Shown in pieces: positions 42,815 to 52,659 of a stretch of DNA of 64,000 nt. Within the stretch, counting starts at the first letter, position 1. The number at the start of each line of letters is the position of its first letter. Source of the stretch: Candidatus Bathyarchaeota archaeon (GTDB lineage Archaea; Thermoproteota; Bathyarchaeia; Bathyarchaeales; Bathycorpusculaceae); the NCBI GenBank assembly GCA_963833575.1, contig CAWHXY010000008.1, positions 32,001 through 96,000 on the forward strand, in the 5' to 3' direction. The notes under the pieces were generated by a model. It was not told the DNA's origin. It was given only the letters and a program-made list of their open reading frames with translations, and did not search any database. A program made the position numbers and the translations under genes.

Positions 42815-43057
42815 ATATTTTCTTTATTTTTGGCTCTTTTTTGTGTATTTTTGTTCTACGGTTCTATTTTTTTGGTCTAGTCTGAGTTTGCATGGGGTTT
42901 CTTATGGTTTTTGGCTAGTTTTTTGGTTGTTTTTGTTTTTGGGGTGACTGTTTGTTATGCTTTGATATGCTAGTGGTATGTCTTAAGCTTTATATCGTGC
43001 TTTATTGTATATTGAGATACGTGCAACAATAGGTCTGATAAAGTACATATTGTACAC

Positions 43058-43486
43058 ATGCTCAACAAAAATACACGAGGAAAAAAAATGAACCTAACAC
43101 ACAAAAACGTTCAAACAAAACTTACCAAAGGCCTATTAGACCTAATAATTCTCCAATTGCTTGACACTCACCCAATGCACGGCTATGAGTTAATATCAAC
43201 AATCCGCAAAAGCTACGGCGTAACGTTTGGCGCAAGCACAATTTACCCATTGCTAAGCACAATGGAAAAAAAGAGCTATATAAAATGTGAATGGAACATG
43301 AATGGCGAGCGGCCGAGAAAGGTTTATGCGTTAACAAACGATGGGAAATCAATGCTTGATTACACTACCGGTTCACTTAAGACGATCTGCAGAACAATGG
43401 GAACAAGTAACGTTCAAGCTCATGAAGACCATCTGCAATTTAATATTGCGCCAGGTTCAAAGAACACTGACAATTTTGTTTTCTAA
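43058..43486 (+). CDS. PadR family transcriptional regulator
   Basis: KGLLDLIILQLL..PMHGYEL...STIYPLL...RPRKVYALT motif. Confidence 0.92.
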   Translation: MLNKNTRGKKMNLTHKNVQTKLTKGLLDLIILQLLDTHPMHGYELISTIRKSYGVTFGASTIYPLLSTMEKKSYIKCEWNMNGERPRKVYALTNDGKSMLDYTTGSLKTICRTMGTSNVQAHEDHLQFNIAPGSKNTDNFVF

Positions 43487-43641
43487 ATCACAACTTCTTC
43501 CCTATGAAATTGATATTAATGAGTAAGTTTAGCGGAGAAACTGAGTCTGTCGTTTTCTTGTATGGGCATTTTTGTTTTTGTCGATTATTAAGTTTCAGAT
43601 GCCTTTTCAAATCTAATATTCAAAGAATGTTTGTTTACATT

Positions 43642-43866
43642 TCAAGCTTGCAGCGTCTCATTATCAACGCTGACATCAATGCTTGATAAACAACATACGT
43701 CCAGCTGAATCTGCTTTAACACTTTAAGTCTATTTTCAAAAGCCGTAACAAGATCATCCAACAAAATCGTTCGCATTTCAGTTGAAAGCATACCCAAACT
43801 GCCATCTAAAGCGTCAGCTAAATTATTCTTCAGTTGCTTCCTATTTTTGCCCGTTAAATGATTTAT
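43642..43866 (-). CDS. Small hypothetical protein (74 aa, apparent non-canonical ATA start), missed by the ORF track
   Basis: Open frame INHLTGKNRKQLKNNLADALDGSLGMLSTEMRTILLDDLVTAFENRLKVLKQIQ...; GGGGATG upstream. Confidence 0.55.
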   Translation of the reverse strand: MNHLTGKNRKQLKNNLADALDGSLGMLSTEMRTILLDDLVTAFENRLKVLKQIQLDVCCLSSIDVSVDNETLQA

Positions 43867-44031
43867 TTTTTTACATCCCCTAATTGTTTCTTAGAGGTTT
43901 GAAGTATTGCAGTGGCTATATTAGTTCTTTATGAATTCAAAATCAGATGACAAAATTCTTTCCAGTAATATAGAATCTTTCATTTTTCTTTGCCAAAATT
44001 TTTTGTTTGTGTTTTAGGTTGCTTTTTTGGT

Positions 44032-44410
44032 TTAGGGTTTGAATTGGTTGCAGGTTGATACATTTTTTGACACAATTTGACACAAATTGACGTGATTTGA
44101 CATTTTTAGACAATCAAGGTACAAGGCGAAAATAGGCTCAATATCATTTTTTGACTAAACTTTGAAAGAGGATTTCGACGCAGTATTTTTCTAGTTGCTT
44201 TAACTTGGTTTCTTGATTTAGGTCTTGATTTGTTGCAGGTTGAGTGTCTTTTAGTCTAGTTTAATCTTTTTTTAATCTAGTTTGATCTAGTTTAAGCTAT
44301 TTTAGATTGGTCTTTGGATTGTTCTTTTTTTGGTCAGCTTGTGCCAGTGTGTTTCTTTTTGTAGGGCTTATTTTTGCAGGTTGTGTTGTTTTTCGTCAGC
44401 AATTGTCATT
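44032..44410. promoter_or_regulatory. Three TAGG...TTGCAGGTTG motifs, each followed by 10-bp-phased short repeats
   Basis: TTGCAGGTTG at 44048, 44233 and 44374; TTGACA-like units at 44067, 44077, 44087, 44097 and 44107. Confidence 0.45.
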
Positions 44411-44740
44411 TTTCGAGGCATATGGTTATCTTTAATGATTGAGTGAGAGGTTGGACTACAGTTAGGGATTCGAGATTATTTCGGGTGGTAAGCTGGAGTA
44501 AACTGATCCTGGACTATGGTTGGTCGATGCGAAATACGCGAGCGTTATGCTAAAAAGACCTCAAACAAACAAAGCTTTTTAATTCCACATTTAATTGCTT
44601 GGCAAACAGGAAAGTTTCGTCAGGCATCCTTTTAATGCTTCAGCCATTTCTTTTGTCCTTGTCGTTCACCGATATATGCACATGTTAACAAGTCTTTTAT
44701 TATCATGAAGCTGATTCAAACGCAAAAGGAGAAATAATTA

Positions 44741-44908
44741 ATGACAAAACCAAAAACAGTCTTCGAAAATGAAGACGCAGTCCGACTGCTAAACTACTTT
44801 ATCTCCTACAAAGAAATAGTAAACAAAACCAAAAATCATCCAGATAACGACCCCAACAACTTTAAAATATCGGTTTTGCCGCAAAAAGACTTGCCAGAAC
44901 TCAAATGA
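44741..44908 (+). CDS. Small hypothetical protein (55 aa)
   Basis: MTKPKTVFENEDAVRLLNYF...; AGGAG upstream of the ATG. Confidence 0.45.
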   Translation: MTKPKTVFENEDAVRLLNYFISYKEIVNKTKNHPDNDPNNFKISVLPQKDLPELK

Positions 44909-45066
44909 CCTGATTTCTTGTGTTTTTCAAAGATTTTAATTTACAGTTTGACAAGGGGTTCTTTTTTTTTGGTTTAATATCACACTGTAACTTCTGAGAA
45001 TCGCCTTTTTGATTGAGTTTTGCCAAGGTGGTACTTGAGCTCTCCTTTCAATGGAGATATCACCTG

Positions 45067-46518
45067 TCACAATTCTCTTTCTTTGTGCTGAGAAATCAAT
45101 TTTGTTTTAGTTCTTAGAACTGAAGGGATGACAGCTAAGGCATTTACGAATGCTAGCCATAGATAAGTCGTTTTTATGCTTTGGAGAAACATTTCTTTGC
45201 CAATGGTAAGTGTTGTGGTGTATCCTGCTGCTACTTGAGTAACTAGGGTGTATGGGATGGTTAGACTCATAATTAGTATTGCAAGGTTTAGACTGACCGC
45301 GAAGCCTACGTTTAGGAAAGTTGATCGTATTGCTGAGCCTACGCCTCGTTCGTCTGCGGGGCACGCGGTCATGACTGCGCTCATGTTGTGACTGCTGAAA
45401 AGACCCATCGATACGCCAAAAAGAACCATGTAAGTTAGAACGGTCAGATAAGATGTTGTCATGTTTACTGTTGAGAACAAGTAGAGTGAGAGGCTGGAGA
45501 GTGCGATGCCAGAGGTTGTGAAGGGTAAGTGGCTGTATTGGTCACTTAGTTTTCCGCTTATTGGTCCAGCGATGAGAAAGGCGACGTCGAAGGGGATAAT
45601 ACGTACTCCTGCCTCTAATGGGCTGAGACCTAAGACGAGTTGAAAGTAAAAACTTAGAAGCACCAATACAGCACCCCAAGCAAGCCCATTGATTAACAGC
45701 GCAATGAGACCTCCAGTGTATTCACGAATTTTTAGAAGTTTAAAGTTGACCAGAGGATTTAGACTTCTACGTTCTTGAAAAAGAAAACTTGCAAATGTTA
45801 CTATGCTTATGAGCACAAACGATGCTGTTAGAATTTGACTTCCAATGCCATATGCTGCAAAAGTCAGCGCAAGGAGAAGTGTGGATATCGAAGTTGAAAA
45901 TAATGCAAAGCCCGCCCAGTCAACGCTGAGAAATTTGTTTTTGCCATGGCGGTTTTTTGTGCCTGTTTCCTTTATGGTTCTATGGGCCCATATTGTGCCG
46001 ATTATACCCACTGGGATGTTTATGTAGAATAATGCTCGCCAATCGCCTAGAAATGTGATTATTATGCCGCTCAGCGTTAGGCCTGCCATGGCGCCGAATC
46101 TGAATCCTAGGTTGTTTATGCCTAAGGAGTAACCAAGTTCGTTAGGTGGAGTAGCGTCGGTAATTATGGCTATGCTGCTTGTAAGTATGATTCCTGCTCC
46201 CATGCCTTGGATGATGCGGAAGATTATGAGCTGCATTGGAGTAATGGAAAAACTGGTGAGAGCGGAGCCTATGGTGAAAATTAGGAAACCACTGGTATAT
46301 ACTCGTTTTCTGCCATAGAGGTCAGCGAAGCGACCTGTAAGAAGGAGAATGCCTATTGTGCCCATTATGTAGGCTTGGCTTATCCAGATGCCTTGTTCTG
46401 CGTCGGCTCCTATGGCGTGGATTACTTGGGGGAGGCCGATTATGACTATTCGTGCGTCGATTCCTGCCATTAGAACGCCGATGGTTGTTACGGTGAGGAC
46501 TAGCCACTTATACTTCAA
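45067..46518 (-). CDS. MFS transporter, DHA2/EmrB-QacA type (14 TM)
   Basis: GRFADLYGRKR motif A, FRIIQGMG and WRALFYINIPVG motifs. Confidence 0.93.
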   Translation of the reverse strand: MKYKWLVLTVTTIGVLMAGIDARIVIIGLPQVIHAIGADAEQGIWISQAYIMGTIGILLLTGRFADLYGRKRVYTSGFLIFTIGSALTSFSITPMQLIIFRIIQGMGAGIILTSSIAIITDATPPNELGYSLGINNLGFRFGAMAGLTLSGIIITFLGDWRALFYINIPVGIIGTIWAHRTIKETGTKNRHGKNKFLSVDWAGFALFSTSISTLLLALTFAAYGIGSQILTASFVLISIVTFASFLFQERRSLNPLVNFKLLKIREYTGGLIALLINGLAWGAVLVLLSFYFQLVLGLSPLEAGVRIIPFDVAFLIAGPISGKLSDQYSHLPFTTSGIALSSLSLYLFSTVNMTTSYLTVLTYMVLFGVSMGLFSSHNMSAVMTACPADERGVGSAIRSTFLNVGFAVSLNLAILIMSLTIPYTLVTQVAAGYTTTLTIGKEMFLQSIKTTYLWLAFVNALAVIPSVLRTKTKLISQHKEREL

Positions 46519-46706
46519 AGTTTAGGCATCTCGAAAGATTGTTCCCACATGGATTGAAGCGTGGTTTTAAAGTTTACCCAAGGAAAAGTAAGAATCGAGA
46601 TTTGTCCACAAACTACGAAAATTCGTTAGACCTGTTTTTTCGTCGCTAGTTTTGAGAGTTTCAAAAAAATTAAATTTTGAGCAATAGCTCCTTAGTTTTT
46701 GTCATG

Positions 46707-46802
46707 GCGGTGAATTCAAATGCTGGTTGTTTTAATTTGAGCTCCGGTCTCAGACAGATACAGGCTTGATTTGAAACCATACTCAAATTGAGGCTTCACC
46801 GC
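46707..46802 (-). other. Long imperfect stem-loop between the PQQ-propeller gene and the MFS gene
   Basis: GCGGTGAA/TTCACCGC and AATTTGAG/CTCAAATT stems, plus an inner stem that is completed by G-U pairs only on the minus strand. Confidence 0.5.
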
Positions 46803-46818
46803 ATTTCTTTTTTTGTTA

Positions 46819-48123
46819 TTACAGATAAACAGTGTATACATGGTTGTCGGAAAAAGTCTGCTTCCGTATATTGCTGATTTTTGGGTGTCTAATTACAATC
46901 GCAAGAGTTAGTATGACTATTAGTAAGAGCATAACCGCCAGTTCGGGTAACTCTGGAACGGTAGGTGAAGGAGTGGAAGTTGGAGTTTGAATAAGTGTAG
47001 AAGGCGAAGTAGGTAAAACACCTAAAGCATAGACTTTATGGTCATTCGAGCCAACGTAAACTACGCCCCCCACAACAGCTGGAGATGAATAGACGTAGCT
47101 TCCTGTACTATAACTCCAGAGCTTGCTTCCACTTGTTGCATTGAGGGCGTAGACGTTGCAATCCCACGAACCAACATAGACAACTCCGTCGACGACAGCA
47201 GGGGAAGAATCAACATAACTGCCTGCAGTGAAATTCCAAAGTTGGGCGCCGTTATCTGCATTCAAAGCATAAACAGTATAGCCATCCTCTGAGCCAACAT
47301 AGACAATGCCCCCAGCAACAGCAGGACACGAATCAACCTCTCCACCGATGGTATAATTCCAGAGTTGGGTCCCACTGGAAGCATCCAAAGCATAAACGCC
47401 ATAACTTGAGCCTACATAGACTATTCCACCAATAACAGCAGGAGGCGAATCCACCCCTTCGTTAACAGGAGCGTACTTCCAGAGCCTTGCCCCATTGACT
47501 GCATTCAAAGCATAAACTCCCCCATCATTCGAAACGACGTAGACTACCCCGTCGACAATTGCTGGAGACGACTCAAAACTGCCGCCGGCACTGTAGTTCC
47601 AGACTTGCACGCCGTTAGCTGCATTCAAAGCATAAAAGGTACTGTCACTCGAACCTACGTAGACTACGCCGTTAAACACAGCTGGAGACGAATCAATTTT
47701 GCCTCCGGCGGTGTAATTCCAAAGCTTAACCCCGTTGGTTGCATTTAAAGCATAAACGTTATGGTCTTCTGAGCCAATATAGACTATGCCCCCGACAACA
47801 GCAGGTGATGACAAAACCCAGTTTCCTGTGGTGTAATTCCACAATTGGTTGCCGTTTGTAGTGTTTAAAGCATAAACATTATGGTCAAAAGAGCCGACGT
47901 AGACTATGCCGTCGACGACAGCAGGAGATGATTCTACCAAGCCACCGGTGGTGTAGCTCCAAAGTCTCGTAGAATTGAGCACTGAACTGCCTGAGACTAC
48001 ACCGCTGTGAGACAAATCAGCATGGAACATGGTCCAATCAGCGTTTGCAAATGGAATCAAAACTAAGCTGGAAATTAAAAATATTAAGGCAATAAATGCA
48101 AGAAGAATGATTGGAAATCTCAT
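46819..48123 (-). CDS. Secreted PQQ-like/BamB beta-propeller protein with VPEL motif and C-terminal TM
   Basis: Eight SSPAVVxGxVYVGS...YALNA..G..LWNY repeats, DWTMFH start, TP linker, VPEL followed by TM. ORF is open from 48162. Confidence 0.9.
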   Translation of the reverse strand: MRFPIILLAFIALIFLISSLVLIPFANADWTMFHADLSHSGVVSGSSVLNSTRLWSYTTGGLVESSPAVVDGIVYVGSFDHNVYALNTTNGNQLWNYTTGNWVLSSPAVVGGIVYIGSEDHNVYALNATNGVKLWNYTAGGKIDSSPAVFNGVVYVGSSDSTFYALNAANGVQVWNYSAGGSFESSPAIVDGVVYVVSNDGGVYALNAVNGARLWKYAPVNEGVDSPPAVIGGIVYVGSSYGVYALDASSGTQLWNYTIGGEVDSCPAVAGGIVYVGSEDGYTVYALNADNGAQLWNFTAGSYVDSSPAVVDGVVYVGSWDCNVYALNATSGSKLWSYSTGSYVYSSPAVVGGVVYVGSNDHKVYALGVLPTSPSTLIQTPTSTPSPTVPELPELAVMLLLIVILTLAIVIRHPKISNIRKQTFSDNHVYTVYL

Positions 48124-48636
48124 CAATACCACTTTTAAATAACAATTATCTAACACTGACATTTAGTTCTAATCTTGGAACAGCTAAAGAATAGGCTGTT
48201 CTTCTTTTGGAACACTGAAAGCTTATTCAGCATTGAACTTCCACCCTCCAGCAAATCAGGCGGGAGAACGCATTAAACGATTCCTCTTTTGGATACATTA
48301 CTGCATTTCCTATTTTTTTGTTAAATTAGGGTTTTAATCGTTTGCAGGTTGCGGTTTGAAAAGGTTCGGAAGGTCTAAAAAGGTTATAGACTGGGAAAAT
48401 ACTGAAGGTCCACAAGATCAAGCGTATTTTGCAACTAAATTAAAGCTTTTTGAGTTAATTTGGACCCTTCTCGAATTCATGTCTTTTTAGTGTTTTTGTT
48501 CAAAGCTTATGCTATCAGAAAATCAGATGGCAGAAAAGCAAGTCCAGTAACTCTCAAACCTTTCTTTCTTAGAGGATTTCTGATATCCCAGAAGAGTGAA
48601 CCTTCACCATTCCTACCCTCGTGAAACAAACAAAGC

Positions 48637-49254
48637 TTATGCGAAGCAACCTGCTCCAACTAAGATTACAAAAAAGAGTATAGCGAAGTAGAAACTTAGT
48701 TTGCCAAGTTTGTAGTATCGCAATTTTGTTCTAGTTTTCCTTGAAATTGAAAAAGTCTCACGAACATGATCTCTATACGCCTTGCTCAATAAATCATTGG
48801 GACTGCTATTGAAATAACTGGTCCATAGATCGAGCTTCTCATCTGAAATTTCCTTGAAATAAAAAAGAGACTGAGGCTCAAAGGTTTTCTTGCCGTCTTT
48901 AATCTCAGTTTTGTCTTCATTCCGAAACCTTTTGCCTTGTCTGCCGATTCCACCAAGAGATGCTTCCAAAAAAATAAATATTCCAAGAGCAACAAAGATT
49001 GCGAATCCAGCAAAAGAGATTGAAATCAAGTTAAAGTGAGAATTCAAAAGATTAATTTGAACTGATAACTTTAAGTTTGCGAAAACTGCGAATGCAGTGG
49101 CTGCAGTAATAGACAGAAACGCCATCGCCTCCAATATTCTGCCAGCTTTCGTATCCTCATGCTCATTAAGTTCGGTTATATGTTCAAACATTTCCGCGAC
49201 GATTTTGTATTTTTGTTGCAAATCGTCTTTATCGATAGTGCTCACAAAATTCAA
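48637..49254 (-). CDS. Pycsar-type transmembrane effector (PycTM/DUF5706-like)
   Basis: EDTKAGRIL then two TMs, PQSLFYFKEIS, ISRKTRTKLRYY then terminal TM. Confidence 0.75.
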   Translation of the reverse strand: MNFVSTIDKDDLQQKYKIVAEMFEHITELNEHEDTKAGRILEAMAFLSITAATAFAVFANLKLSVQINLLNSHFNLISISFAGFAIFVALGIFIFLEASLGGIGRQGKRFRNEDKTEIKDGKKTFEPQSLFYFKEISDEKLDLWTSYFNSSPNDLLSKAYRDHVRETFSISRKTRTKLRYYKLGKLSFYFAILFFVILVGAGCFA

Positions 49255-49495
49255 AATGCATCAATGTTATATTTAACATTTCCCAGAAACTCAAAGTACA
49301 AAACCAAACTTCTCGAATTCATTTTGATAATAACTTTCTGCTTCTCATAATTTTCCGTGTCATAAGAGAGGCCAATGTCAGAAAGAACTATTTTGACACA
49401 TTAATATATCAATCAGAACATCCCCTCTTATTGTTTTAAGGGAAACGTAAAAAAAGTATTCAGATTAGTAATTCACTGTTTGAAGTGTTACAACT

Positions 49496-49927
49496 ATGTT
49501 ACGTAAACCTTGGAAGCTATCCGTTAAAATCCTGATCTTTGATAACAATGGAAAATTTTTGTTGTTAAGACGGTCACTAAACTCAAAGGGAAATCCTGGT
49601 AAATGGGAGCCACCGGGAGGAAAAATTGATCAAGGTGAAACCTTTGAAACAGCCCTTATGCGCGAGATTGAAGAAGAGACTGGCTTGACCGCTTCAATTC
49701 AGCATGTTGCCGGAACATCTGAATCCGAATTATCTAAAGTAAAGATAGTTCACCTGATTTTAGAAGGAAAATTAGAATCAGGACAAGTACATATTAGCGA
49801 AGAACACATAGAATTTGAATGGATCAAACCTGAGGAACTCAACAACTTTGACATAGCAGATTGGTTTATTCCTTTCGCAGTTGAATACATTGAAAAGAAA
49901 GCGTCAAGCTTAACCAGAAAAACCTAA
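49496..49927 (+). CDS. NUDIX hydrolase
   Basis: Complete Nudix box GGKIDQGETFETALMREIEEETGL; SEEH motif. Confidence 0.93.
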   Translation: MLRKPWKLSVKILIFDNNGKFLLLRRSLNSKGNPGKWEPPGGKIDQGETFETALMREIEEETGLTASIQHVAGTSESELSKVKIVHLILEGKLESGQVHISEEHIEFEWIKPEELNNFDIADWFIPFAVEYIEKKASSLTRKT

Positions 49928-49970
49928 GTTAGACTTCAAATAATTGTTCCTACTGACAAGGGAAGATTAA

Positions 49971-52457
49971 GTGAATTCAACGAAAGAAGATCAAGCTCAA
50001 CTGCTAAACGAGCAGGTTAACCAGTACACAAAGTTATTTTCAAATTACAAATTATTTGCTGATATCTTAGTTCAAATATTTGAGAAAGCTTCAACAAAAT
50101 ATGCGCCTTTAGCAATAGTACAAGCTCGCCCGAAATCAATTTCAAGTTTTGCCGAAAAAATTTTACGGAAAAATAAGTACACTGACCCTCTTAATCAAAT
50201 AACTGATTTATGCGGTGCCAGAGTCATCACACATATTCCTGAAGAAGTCGAGGAAATAGGCAAATATATTGAAAATAATTTTAATGTCGATTTCAATAAC
50301 AGTGTTGATGTAAACCAGAGATTAAAGCCCACAGAATTTGGCTATCGATCCGTTCATTACGTTGTGCAATTCAAAGAGGACATTTTTCCCAATAAAGATG
50401 TTCCCGTAAAGATTCCCGAAGAACTATTTGGTTTAAAGGCAGAAATTCAAGTAAGAACAATCTTGGAGCATTCCTGGGCTGATTTCAGTCATGATTTGAG
50501 CTATAAAGGCTCTTTTAAGATTCCTCAAAAATGGGAACGTGAACTTGCCGGATTAGCTGCCTCACTTGAATCTGCAGATAAAACCTACTCCCGAGTTCAT
50601 AATGGCCTCCAAGTTTATGCTTCCAACTTTGGAGCTTACATGTCTACAGAGCAAATGCAAAATGAAATTAGCCTTCAAGAGTTAGTTTTAGAAAACGATC
50701 CCAATAACTTTGAAGTCGCTCACCGAATAGGAAAAATAGCTATAGTAATGGGTGATTGGCAAAAAGCCATAAATGTTCTCTCCAAGTTCGTCAAATCCGA
50801 TTATCATCCTTTGATTAGAGACCTTGGCGTTGCGCTTTGTACATTCAATAAAGACAATAAAGACAGCACAGAATTCTCTCAAGGTAGAAAGTTTTTAGAA
50901 ATTGCTTGTGCTCCTCCAAATGAAGACATCGATGCACTAACATTTTTAGCAGGTACCTACAGGGGGGTTGACGAAGATAAAGCACGCGAACTTTACCAGC
51001 AAGCTTTTGCTCTCGATTCCACTAATCCTTATGTGCTCGGCAATTATTTAGAATCTGAACTAATCTGTGGACTCGATGTTCCTGCGTTATCCTTGGTTAA
51101 TCCCTTAATTGAGCTGGCAATTAAGAGAAGCCAAAGTCAAGCTGAAGTTGGCGTAAATCTGCAATGGGTATTTTATGATATTGGCCGGTTCTACCTATTT
51201 TTAGGAAAACCCTACGAAAGTCTCAGCGCCTATGCAAAAGCGATACAGGTGAGCTTAAATGATTGGGTCATCGAAGCTGCGCTTAGATCTATTGATCGAC
51301 TTGCAGTTGTAAAAAGTCAATTGACTGGATATGAATGGGTAAAACGGCTGCTTCTAATTGGATTATCATGCAAGTTTCCTGAGAGTGTTGCAGGAAAAAC
51401 TGCATTAAACAAGGCTAAAAAATTAGCCTCAACTAGACATGAACGGCTTAGTGGCGCAATAGTTATTGTGGCCGGCGGAGTCAGCTCCGAAGTTGAACTT
51501 CAAATGTTAACGTACCAGGGCCTTATGTTGGAGGCTTTTTGGGACTTTAAAGGTACAATAATTTCTGGAGGTACAATCTCAGGCATTAGCGGATTAATAG
51601 GGCAAGTGCAAGAAAAATATGCGAGCACAATTAAGACAGTTGGTTACATTCCGAAACCAACCAAAGCAGCATTGATAGATAAACGCTACTGTCAAATTCG
51701 CTTCACTGAGGGTGAAAACTTTAGCCCAACAGAGCCTCTTCAGTATTGGATAGACCTTGTTGACTCAGGCATTAACTGTAATGATGTTAAGCTTTTGGGA
51801 ATAAATGGAGGAATCATATCTTCCATAGAATACAAAATAGCGTTGGCACTTGGAGCGAGCACAGCTATTATTGAGGATGGCAAAATGGAAAAAGAAACGC
51901 TGTTCTCAGATAAAAATTGGAATACTCTGAAGAATTTTGTTCCTATGCTTAATGATTCTTTGACAGCTTGGGCTTTTGTTCAGTCGGGCGCAAAAAAACT
52001 GGACCCAGCCAGCCGAGAACAACTAGGCCAAATTATCCACAAGAACTATCTAGATGCATCTTCACAAAAGAAAAGTCTTGACCCCTCACTGCAGAATTGG
52101 CACAATTTAAAAGATGATTTGAAGGAATCAAATTGCCAGCAAGCTGATCACATAATAGAAAAGCTCAATCGCATTAATTGTTCCACACGTTTAGTAACCG
52201 ACCGTGATATTTCACTTATGCAGTTCTCAAATAGTGAAGTAGAAACAATGGCGCAAATGGAGCACGCCCGATGGAATGTTGAACGCTTTCTTGATGGATG
52301 GCGAAAAGGGCCAAAAGATGTAAGCAGGAAAATCAGCCCCTATCTAGTTTCCTGGTCAGAACTACCGGAGGATATTAAAGACTATGATAGAGATGCTGTC
52401 AAAAAAATTCCTGAAGTTCTAGCAAACATGAACTTGGAAGTAAGGCGCACAAAATAA
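49971..52457 (+). CDS. RelA/SpoT-type alarmone synthetase fused to TPR, SLOG (LSDAT-like) and RyR domains
   Basis: RPKSISSFAEK, DLCGARV, GYRSVHY and EIQVRT (synthetase); TPR-like helices; VAGG...IISGGTISGISGLIG...INGG (SLOG); EHARW...DGW...SPYLVSWSELPEDIKDYDR (RyR). Confidence 0.85.
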   Translation: MNSTKEDQAQLLNEQVNQYTKLFSNYKLFADILVQIFEKASTKYAPLAIVQARPKSISSFAEKILRKNKYTDPLNQITDLCGARVITHIPEEVEEIGKYIENNFNVDFNNSVDVNQRLKPTEFGYRSVHYVVQFKEDIFPNKDVPVKIPEELFGLKAEIQVRTILEHSWADFSHDLSYKGSFKIPQKWERELAGLAASLESADKTYSRVHNGLQVYASNFGAYMSTEQMQNEISLQELVLENDPNNFEVAHRIGKIAIVMGDWQKAINVLSKFVKSDYHPLIRDLGVALCTFNKDNKDSTEFSQGRKFLEIACAPPNEDIDALTFLAGTYRGVDEDKARELYQQAFALDSTNPYVLGNYLESELICGLDVPALSLVNPLIELAIKRSQSQAEVGVNLQWVFYDIGRFYLFLGKPYESLSAYAKAIQVSLNDWVIEAALRSIDRLAVVKSQLTGYEWVKRLLLIGLSCKFPESVAGKTALNKAKKLASTRHERLSGAIVIVAGGVSSEVELQMLTYQGLMLEAFWDFKGTIISGGTISGISGLIGQVQEKYASTIKTVGYIPKPTKAALIDKRYCQIRFTEGENFSPTEPLQYWIDLVDSGINCNDVKLLGINGGIISSIEYKIALALGASTAIIEDGKMEKETLFSDKNWNTLKNFVPMLNDSLTAWAFVQSGAKKLDPASREQLGQIIHKNYLDASSQKKSLDPSLQNWHNLKDDLKESNCQQADHIIEKLNRINCSTRLVTDRDISLMQFSNSEVETMAQMEHARWNVERFLDGWRKGPKDVSRKISPYLVSWSELPEDIKDYDRDAVKKIPEVLANMNLEVRRTK

Positions 52458-52659
52458 TGCGCTCGTGAACTGGATTAGATGACCCGTTTAAGCTTAATTT
52501 TCACGCAAAAACTAAGTTTTTTTTAGCTTAGCGTCGTTCATACATTTACAGTTGATTGAGAATAAAGGATTTTTCGAATCTTTAGTTACCTTAAATTCTT
52601 TAAATCGATAAAGTACTTAGGTATGTTACAGTGAGGTAAATAACAGAGGTATTTCCTAG

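Noticed and set aside
43984-44740. Replication origin
   Set aside because: No recognisable ORB box and no orc1/cdc6 gene; kept only as an unexplained phased-repeat region.
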